Positions 51,701 through 60,563 of a stretch of 64,000 bases of DNA are shown piece after piece. Each line of letters opens with the position of its first letter. Within the stretch, counting starts at the first letter, position 1. Below the pieces are notes generated by a model. That model was not told the origin of the DNA. It saw only the letters and a list, made by a program, of their open reading frames with translations, and did not search any database. The translations under genes and the position numbers were made by a program. The stretch is from Glycera tridactyla (Eukaryota). Where the stretch lies: the NCBI GenBank assembly GCA_965644265.1, contig OZ286467.1:57412001-57476000 (forward strand), given 5' to 3'.

Positions 51701-54700
51701 GACCACCCCTTTTGAGAAACGGCTCTTTGGTGAGAGAGTGGTCACAGGTTTCACTGTATACAGTTATACATCCGATCTAGGTGAGTGAGTGCTTTTTTCT
51801 GTTGGTGAAAGTGATGCTTGTGAGCAAATAAAAACTTACTCTCCTAGATCTGGGACGTATAACTGCTCACAAGCATCACTTTCACAAACACTGAATACAG
51901 AAGATGAGGAACTATGAAATTTGTCCAGTCTAGAAGCACACATTTCAAAGTTGTATAAATTGATCAGAGAAGAATACAGTACAACTGCATGGCAGGACAG
52001 AAAATTCTCACGGCTGTTCTCCAGGATGTTTCAATCAAAATTCTCAGCTTCAAGGCCAGCCATTTACATTTCCCCAATTAGTGTATATCAAAATACAGTG
52101 GCAGATGTCCATTATGAAACATTTCAAAGATGCAAGCAATCTGCTAGTGGTTTTGACTGTCTACAGCTTTTCAACAATGACTTACCTTCCAGAGTTATGC
52201 ACAAGATGGATAGGTACGGTTGTTTGAATTGCATTGACCACTTCCTGTGAGAAAAGAAAACCATCATCCAACTAGAATTTTAGTGAGGCACCTCCTCACT
52301 CAATATGTCTCCCCCCAGACTTTGTAATTATTCACTACCCGTATACATGCCTGGCATCCCACCTGCTTGCTTATTCATCTTCAAGTAAGCATGAAAAGAT
52401 AGACATTAATGGTTGACAACTATCCTTTGAGTGACCAATGATGTAGTATACCTAGTCATAAGTACGAAAATGTGTCCTGGGGTATGAGGTGTGCTGGGGT
52501 ACAGGGGTCTCTTTGTGTGGGATTTGTCCTTGAGAATATGCCTAGGCATCAGAGAAGTTCAGTTGAATTTGGTTCAGCGGTTTGAGTGGAATTTTGCTGA
52601 CAGGGGAAGCTCTTGATCAGGTCTTGATCAGTGACCCAGGAAACAAGAACAATTCAGCAAATGAGATTTGTCCATATTCTCAAATTCTGAAAATAGCTCC
52701 TGTGACCTTGACCTTTGACCTTTTGGCACCATCTTCAAAATGCCAGTGTATCACCACTAGCCTGTAGATACACTCAATGGGTGTGAATGCCCCGCTGAGT
52801 GCATGATGTCACAGGATGAGTAAATCAGAAAAGTGAAATATATGAACAAAACTAATACATTTTCACTCTCAAATCATGAACAAACCCCGGAAATCATTTT
52901 GCACTCAGTGACCTTGAAATGCAAGATGTAAATCCATAGTCTAGGGAAGGAGGTATACAAACTTTGAGACAAAAACACACCAGTGGACCAACACAGGGGG
53001 TATGACAGTCAAATCGCTATCAGCACTTACAGTCGAACCTCTCTATAAGGATCGCCTTCGGTCACATCAAAAAGTGGCCTTTATAGGGAGGTTGTCTTTA
53101 TAGAGAGGTCATTCACTGTTGAGAATACTACCACAGTCGCAGCTCAGGGTGGTCTTTATAGGGAGGTGGTCTCTATAGAGAAGTGGTCTTTAGAGGAGGT
53201 TTGACTGTATATACCAATATGCCAAGTATAATAGCCATTGGATATCCACAGGTAGCAACAAGGAGCAGACACAAACAGGGAAGTTAATTAAGTTTGGGCT
53301 TTTGTTTGAGGAGAGAGGGAAAATGAAATCAACGTCTAGTCATTAGAGCAGGACAAAAGAGCATTGTCAGAGACCGAAGAATATTACATAACATGAATGG
53401 AGAGGCATGAGAAATGCGTTCATTTCGGAGAGGTCACAATACAGACTGAGTTTAATTAGGGTACCTTTTTGGTGAAATTTCAGTGAAATTTTTGCCCCTG
53501 GTGATCTTGAAAATCATGTCACATAGACCAAAATCTAATCAGTTCATTAGACCCATCCAAGGGGTATGCCTGCCAAATTTCATCAAATTCGGATGAGTAG
53601 TTTTGCTGCAATCGTGCTCACGAGGTTTTGTGACAGACAGACGGACAGACGGACAGACGGACAGACGGACAGACGGACAATACGAATTCTATATGTCTCC
53701 CCCATCAGGGGGGGAGACATAATTTGAGTACTGATACATTTATGAATAATAGATTGGACACTGGTAAGGAAAAAGTTGACTCCCTCACCACACACACATT
53801 CACTCAAAAAGCAAACTGTTGTTTGTATTGAAGAGTAACAAGGGATTAAAATATGAATCTGGGTTATAACAGTTCATCCCTGCCCCCAGACCCAGCACAG
53901 TAGACAGTGATTACATCCACGCTAGACCCGATATCGGATGAAAAAGTACATGTAATGTTCATTACCCCCGACTCCATTGTACCACATTTTTAACTGGGAT
54001 CGCACTCCATGATTTTGACAGTGGCATCCCATGATGGGGGAAGGAGATACACTACACTTACTTCTTGTGACACACTGGGATTCAATTTCAAACTAAGCGT
54101 GAAGAGTCCCGCTGAATTCGGCCTCAGATCATTGATGTCTGTACTCCACGGCCTGAATTTACCTGAAAAAGAGATTTTGATTCATTTTGAGATCCAACCA
54201 GAGACTCAGCTGGGGCTCTTTCTACCAGTGGACAAGCTGTACTTGCCCAGATTTCTGATTCAGTTGTTCATCTGATGGACCACTTGTGCAATACTGAATA
54301 ATACAGGTTCTTGTCAGACAGTGTATATTGTCAATGGGAGAAGTAACTCAGTATTTTCAGAAGTTGGCACAACTCAATTTGGCAGTCTGTTGTGAATAGG
54401 CCCCAATATCAAGGATGAATTCTCACATTGATAATTATTGTGAATTCACTCATCTCATATTCACTAAATAAAGTTCTTGAATCATGTCAAGTAGTACATC
54501 TATGCAGCTTGTACAAATAAATTCAAAAGTTGGTCAATAATGATAGTTTTTGAGTTAGAACTCGAGTTGAAATTGAATACAAAAACGTCATCGGCTTTCG
54601 GCTAGTGCACATAAAATTGGGAGGTGGTAAAGTGGAAGCTAATTTAGAATTTGGAAGTAGGGGAAAAGGAAAAGGCTGCTGCTGGAAAATAAATCTGTTG

Positions 54701-57700
54701 GGTTCAGGGGGCTCCAAACAAATTAGAACCCAGGGAGGGGGTCTATGTTGATTCAGAAACCAGAGTTTGGGTGTGGGGGAGGTTGAAGGAAGTAGTGAAG
54801 AGCTAAGAGATAAAGATATCTGCATGCTATGTACTTGAGGAATCAGTCTGCCTGAACTAATAAATAGAAACCGCGACCACTGCATGACGTTACTTACCAG
54901 CTGCATTCTGTGCAGATGGCGGTCGCACTGCAGTCATTTTCTGTGGCAAAGCTGCAGGGTTCATAATAGGCGGTCTTGGCATGCCAACTGCGACTCCCGT
55001 CAGCTGGTTCTGTCCAACCCCAGCCATCTGGTGCATCATGCCCCGGGCTCGCACTTGCATCTGGTTTGGCGCCATCTGGCCGACTTGACCTGCAGCGTGG
55101 ACTCCCTGTTGTGACACCTGACCTGAGAGAGCAGTAGTTGATGGAACGGCTGCAGAATATCCAGAGGAGATTTGTGTCGATGGCATCTGACCTGCAGCGT
55201 GGACTCCCTGTTGTGACACCTGACCTGAGAGAGCAGTAGTTGATGGAACGGCTGCAGAATATTCAGAGGAGATTTGTGTCGATGGCATCTGACCTTGCGC
55301 TGCTGTACTATACCCAGACACCTGACCTGAGAGAGCAGCAGTTGATGGAACTGCTGCAGAAGATGCAGAGGAGCTTGGCGCCACTGAGCTTTGCTTTGCT
55401 TTTTTCAAGTCCATCTGGGCAGCCAGTATGGACTGCTGTAATGCTATTTTTGCTTTTATGATTTCCTGCTGCTCATTGAGCTGTGCCTTCATCATTGCTT
55501 GCACTTCTTTGCGCTTCGCTTCTTGAGCTTCAGCTTCTGCTGACTGTAAATGGAATCAAAAATGCATTATCAAGTATTGGTAATGCCAGTGAGAGATAAG
55601 AGAAATAAAACAAATCACTGACCAATGAAATTTTTAAACAGTGCTCCCAGGGCTTGACATTAAGGTTGGTCCGGTTGTCCGGGACAAGTAGAAAATCATG
55701 GCAGACAACTGAATTTTATAACCTACCGTATATACTGGCGTATAAGTCGAGTTTTTTTCGCCAAAATCCGAGCCAAAAACAGGGGGCTCGACTTATATGC
55801 CAGACATGGAAGATAATCAAGATTTTTCAAACCAAACATGCTATCTGATGCTGATACCAGCTGTTGACAACTAAGTTTTTCTCGATGTCTTTCTCAAACG
55901 ATCACGCTCGAAAATGGCCAGTATACACCCGGATATCAATAAATAGTGTCAAACACACGAATGGTGACTCTACTTGCGAATCTGATGATCGATTTCGAGA
56001 GAATCTTGATGATTTCGCCATAAACCTGATGAAAACATTAGACGAAAACAACAAATAGAGAAAGTTCCACCATCTCGAGCAGACGATAAGGTCAAGGCCG
56101 TATGCTAATTAGGTATTCTGGTTCCTGCTTTGGTGTACATCCGGAGACTCTGACTTCACAACAATGGCGCCCAAATCGCGATCAAACATGCCAGCCTTTT
56201 GTTTTTATCACGAAATACATGAATATTCAGCGTTGATACGTGTTTTCAGCGGCGGGAAGCATCTAATCATGGATTAGACTCGTGAATTATTGATGTATAA
56301 AGGTGCGAACGACTTGACAAAAGCCGGGGTAAGGCGTGAATTGGTTTCTCTCAGTGGTTGATGTGTCGTTTCTCGTTGGTTCGAGCAAGATTATGGGGTT
56401 GACTTATGTACAAGAAATTGACTAAATCTCGACTTTTTGAGGCGAAATCGGGGGGGGGGGGAGGGGTCGACTTATACGTCAAGTCGACTTATATGCCAGT
56501 ATATACAGTACTTGCCCGCTGAACAACTGCGGATTTCTTCATTAAGTATGCTTAATATTACATTGGACAGGTAAAATTCTTGGGCGGACAACCAAATATC
56601 TTATGTCACTTGTCCGCTTGCACGACCAGGCGAAAACCCCAATGTCATGCCCTGGCTCGATAAAATTCTTGCTAACCCTTCAAAATAGAAAATAGGATTT
56701 TCATCACTTTCAAGCAGTATTTGTGAAGTTGATGCTTTCCTCCTAAGAGAGAAAGGGGTTGTAATTCGAAACTAAGAACATGACTTGGATGCGGCAGCTG
56801 GTGTCTTACATGTTCCATCTGTGAGCCTGAAGATAACACTGGGGATTGCAAAATCAAGCTCAATAGAGAAGGCTCTGCAGAGAAAGCATTTAGACTCACT
56901 GAGTGTTCATTTGCAGAATGATCCTGAGATGACACATGCTTTATATCTGACGGAACCAAAATGATTTTGCTGTTGAATATATAAGTCGGCAATAAGGGTC
57001 CCCCTTGCACTGAGAGTTGATAATAGCTTGGTGGTGCCTTGATACAGAAAAGGGCAGATTTGATTGGCTACCAACACCATCACTAGGGCTGGGATGAAAC
57101 ACATTAGTCACAAAAAGAAACGTTTCAAGAAACACACCTAGGCGAAATGAATAACGAAATAAAACTCCATGAGACCCTTCTTCAGGAATCTGGCGTTGTT
57201 CTCCCTGGTGCGATTGACATGAGCAAGCCATCCCTATTCTGGTTGGCAGGCATTATGGCCAATTACAATCATATTGATGTGTCGAGTAAAAAGTTCATCA
57301 AATCGTCATCATTTGAGCTCTCCGCCAACGTTTTTTTTAAAACAGGATGTATTTTCTGTATTTATCAGCATTTGGGCATATTCAGCAGCCATGTTTTGTT
57401 GTATTTCAAAACACCCCTCCTAGTTTCAAAACAATTGTTTCTTTTGGAAACGATTGAAATTATCGAAATTTTGGTGAATCCTTCCACCTCTAATCATCAC
57501 ATGATTATCCATTTGAGCTTGTTGATTTCAGAACTCATGAGAGCTCTCTTTGATCTCTATAAAGAGTGTGTCAACAATTTGACAGATTATGAGGGAGATA
57601 TGCCTATCCTCTTGCAGGGATACATCTAGGATTTGGGGAAAATGGGGCATGTGCCCCCTTGTTTTTCAAGAAAGGGGGCATTTGCACCCAGCCACATGCC

Positions 57701-57972
57701 CCCTAGTTTTTCCGAAGAGGGTCATTTGACTTTTAACGCGGACAAGTTTTTCTTTGGTCGGTCCAAGGTTTAAATGATATTTTGCCCATAGACCCACCAA
57801 TATTGGTCTGATTTTCATGCTGTTCACATTCTGAATATTTATCTATTTATTTCTACAGACACAGTGTATGCAGTGTGAGGCAGGACTGTGTGTGCCCCAT
57901 AAAGTTCCTGCTTCTTGATGTAAGCAGTGGGCCTCATGGTGGGACCACGTGCGCTGTGTTGACATGCTGCTG

Positions 57973-58018
<46 letters not shown>

Positions 58019-58881
58019 AGTGGTGAACTGTGTGGCATGAGGCCCTACAGACACGCCCTGCTGCAGCAGCAGCAGCAGCAGCAGCAGTACCCTCCCTCCA
58101 ACCAGAGAGGGGCTGGTGGACAACAAGCTGGCTCAAGGTTGGTAGCTGGGGTTAGCCTGCCCTGCCTGGGGTTAGCATGCTGGGGGGAACCAGCCAGTGG
58201 TGGCTGCTGCCAGTCTACTGGTAATAAACAGCGCGCTTGGTGATGGTGGTTCTGCGTGCATCCTAATTTATCTGCGCGATTTGCCGCGCTCAATGATAGT
58301 GATAATGGGCCCACTCAGATAATATTGCGCAATCTGCGCAATCGCGCACGCTGGATGCATCCCTGCTCTTGCCGAATCAGAGGATGCTGCCCTAGACTGC
58401 CTTGAAAAGGGGCCCTCACTCGACAAAATGTGCAAAATGCCTCCATGCTCCCCTCTAGATGTAACCCTGCTCCCCAAATCATGATTAATACACAAGACCC
58501 AACTACACAGAGGACTCAAGTGAAATTTCTTTCAATCTACTTGGCCATAGATAAGAATATTTTGGAAGCCAGACAAATGAAAACTTTGGTCTATGGCTGA
58601 CTGTCAGAGGCTAACACTGACTGAGTCAATTCCCACACAGAGTACCTGAATATATATACAAACCTTCTCTGCTGCCTTCTCTGCTGCTGATTCCACTTCT
58701 TTCTTTCTTCTCTTCTTATCTAGGTTGTCAATCAAAGCTGCAGCTCTGCAGTAATTGGGAGCGAGTCTCTTCTTCGGATTGACTGCTTTGGGCAATTTTC
58801 TTGACTTTGTTGTTCTATGAACCCACGCTGCATGTGCTTTGAATGTACTTGCAGTCCTCAAAGAAGCAGGGATTTTGATAG
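42756..58881 (-). CDS. Uncharacterised, probably nuclear RNA-binding protein (coiled coil, Q/P/G repeats, RS/RD tract, helical domain, acidic patch, RGG tail); 5' end not identified
   Basis: Exons (- strand): ~58881-58664, 55543-54898, 49784-49525, 48403-47939, 45864-45640, 43169-42756 (stop). Every junction is GT-AG with matching phase (0,1,0,0,0) and joins read naturally (AAEKAAEK|SAEAEAQ; QNAAG|VSIAGQ; DPDCDM|ESLTQEL). Contains RSRERSRERSRSYDRDDRD and GGRGGRGGGGRGGRGKNRPYRK. Additional exons may be missed. Confidence 0.72.
43708..45422 (+). mobile_element. Helentron/DINE-1-like (HINE) non-autonomous element with central tandem repeats
   Basis: Tandem core, then (GACGCC)n 45345-45372 and a 3' stem-loop ACCTCTCTTCAAC-TTC-GTTGAGGCGAGGT 45390-45418 ending in an A-run. 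The 5' boundary is approximate. Confidence 0.6.
43818..44590. repeat. Tandem array of ~147-bp units, about 5.2 copies
   Basis: GAATGCTATGA recurs at 43833, 43977, 44124, 44275, 44422 (spacings 144, 147, 151, 147). Confidence 0.92.
47158..47590 (+). mobile_element. HINE-like element
   Basis: (GGACAGAC)n followed by hairpin TTTTGCTTCGCATGCGAGCCAAAA 47565-47588. Confidence 0.55.
48499..48631 (+). mobile_element. MITE family A copy, internally deleted
   Basis: TA|CAGTCGAACCTG...CAGGTTCGACTG|TA; a further copy at ~49357-49515. Confidence 0.82.
53030..53207 (+). mobile_element. MITE family A copy
   Basis: TA|CAGTCGAACCTC...GAGGTTTGACTG|TA. Confidence 0.82.
53350..53725 (+). mobile_element. HINE-like element; truncated relative at ~1640-1920
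   Basis: (GACGGACA)n and hairpin ATGTCTCCCCC-ATCA-GGGGGGGAGACAT 53693-53720; body homologous to 1660-1900. Confidence 0.62.
55648..56654. mobile_element. hAT-like non-autonomous element containing a nested pogo/Tigger-like element (55726-56508)
   Basis: Outer TIR CAGGGCTTGACAT / ATGTCATGCCCTG (no clean 8-bp TSD). Inner TA|CCGTATATACTGGCGTATAAGTCGA...TCGACTTATATGCCAGTATATACAG|TA. Confidence 0.7.
57965..58087. repeat. Convergent (CTG)n and (CAG)n tracts
   Basis: Interrupted CTG tract of ~17 units at 57965-58016 and CAG tract of ~8-9 units at 58062-58087. Confidence 0.95.
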
Positions 58882-58898
58882 CTGCATCAAATCAAAAT

Positions 58899-59166
58899 GG
58901 GAAGTTAAACGAGGCTTACCTGTAAGGTGAAGTTTTGATGTACAACATTTCAGTAAACAGCTACGAGAGTTTAAAGGAGAGAGGGCGCTGCAGACCGGCT
59001 AATATATCGTCACACTTTAAAGCAATTAACCTAGTTTTATGATGAGACGAGAGTTTTTTGAATAAAAAGGGTGGGCCCAGCGGTGGGCCTTTAAACTCTC
59101 GTAGCCGTTTACTGAAATGTTGTACATCAAAACTTCACCTTACAGGTAAGCCTCGTTTAACTTCCC
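58899..59166. repeat. DIRS 3' inverted repeat (ICR / right terminus), 79-bp arms
   Basis: 58899-58977 and 59088-59166 are reverse complements with 1 mismatch; 59167-59200 is a diverged direct copy of 58944-58980. Confidence 0.9.
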
Positions 59167-59435
59167 AACATTTCGTAAACGGCTCCTCGTTTAAAGGAGA
59201 ATTCAAAGCTATACATAAAACTAGGCACAGCTTACCTAATTTATCTATTGTAGAGCTGTTCTTTGAATCCATTCTTCTGGTTCAAACGTTCTTCACACAA
59301 ACACCACTCTGTGAATGTGTCATGCTTGCTTCATGACGATTTTGTAAAAAATCCAGAATATGCATCCATATTCCAATTGTATATCCAAATGGCACAATGT
59401 GCAACGTATATACAACATGATTAGCAATAATCCAA

Positions 59436-60563
59436 TTATATATGTTGTACTCGTGTCGGAACGAGTACAGCTTCCGCAAATTCACCATGAGAAATCATAG
59501 GTCGATGGTAATGTCTGGCAAATGTTGAGGTTCCAACCCAGCCAGCAGCTTTCATAATGGATATCAACGGAAGTGAATTTGCCGCTTTGCTGGTGGATGC
59601 AGCACGAGTACTGTGTACAGCATATACAGCAGTATTTATACCTGCTTTATCCATCACCAATTTAATCCATCTACGTATAGTATCTTTAGCAGCAGGTCCA
59701 TGAGGCCTCTGTGTAACTAAAAATAGTTGTTTTTGATCATGTATTCGAAGCGGAGCTGTACGTTTCAAATACTCTCGTAGACAGGACAAAACACATAGTT
59801 TTCGCTCTGGAAAACATGGAAAATGCAATACAAAAGGAATTCCTTCCTTCTTCGTCTTCAGTCTATTCAAAATAGTGAAACACGCACACTCTTGCGTTAT
59901 TTTCATTTGTGAAATGTTCAAATAAAATAATAGTTGGACTCGTTGTCCAGTCACTAACGCAGAGAGCATAACCAACTTCTGCGTCAACTGATACAAATTC
60001 AATACATCATTATCAGGTTGTTGACGAAGATATTCCAGTACTACATCTGGATCCCAGATGTCTCGATATCTAGCATTTGAAGGATTGATCTCTGCAACTC
60101 CCTTCATGAAGCGTTCAATTAAAAAAGAGCGTTTCAAAGATGGCACCTTCAGGCATCCCACATTAATCACAGCCGCCTTCGCCGTATTAATGGTACTGTA
60201 ATTAAGGTTTTGTTCTGTCAAAGACGCCAGAAATTCTATTACATCTGTTTCCAACGGCGAAAAGGGATCAATATTCCGTCTCGTTGCAAATGTTGCCCAT
60301 TTTCTAAGGTAACACCCATATTGGGCCCGAGTTCCCTCACTCCATGATTGCAAACATATTCCAATAATACGTTCTGAAAACCCAATGTTTGCGAATGCTG
60401 CCCTGAGAGATACACTCCCAGTATCCGAAGTCGAGGATATAGAGGATGAATTCGCTCTGGGTCGAATGTCAGATATAACAGATTGTGACGGTTGGGAAAC
60501 AGCACTGGAAAGTCGCTGAGGAGTCGAACCATTGTCGCGAACCATGGTTGTGTTGGCCACCAT
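59436..60563 (-). CDS. DIRS ORF3: tyrosine recombinase, 375 aa
   Basis: SAM-like N-domain (T.AQYGCYLRKW..F), catalytic R (VTGQR), HSTR, and GW..F..HY; overlaps the 3' 325 nt of ORF2 in another frame. Confidence 0.93.
   Translation of the reverse strand: MVANTTMVRDNGSTPQRLSSAVSQPSQSVISDIRPRANSSSISSTSDTGSVSLRAAFANIGFSERIIGICLQSWSEGTRAQYGCYLRKWATFATRRNIDPFSPLETDVIEFLASLTEQNLNYSTINTAKAAVINVGCLKVPSLKRSFLIERFMKGVAEINPSNARYRDIWDPDVVLEYLRQQPDNDVLNLYQLTQKLVMLSALVTGQRVQLLFYLNISQMKITQECACFTILNRLKTKKEGIPFVLHFPCFPERKLCVLSCLREYLKRTAPLRIHDQKQLFLVTQRPHGPAAKDTIRRWIKLVMDKAGINTAVYAVHSTRAASTSKAANSLPLISIMKAAGWVGTSTFARHYHRPMISHGEFAEAVLVPTRVQHI

Noticed and set aside
52440-52690. Coding-like segment on the - strand with a plausible acceptor at ~52687
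   Set aside because: All three frames stop within the segment; cannot be placed in the gene 3 model.
57147-57629. 160-aa ORF
   Set aside because: Lies in a hAT-like MITE (TAGGGCTGGGA.GAAAC end at ~57083, related to 12080-12500); no recognisable domain.
58780-58891. ASLRTASTFKAHAAWVH resembling a C2H2 finger half, the YR HSTR motif, or a LINE ORF2 tail
   Set aside because: Short, ambiguous similarity; no upstream Cys pair in frame, no catalytic His or Tyr context. Not enough to assign a domain.
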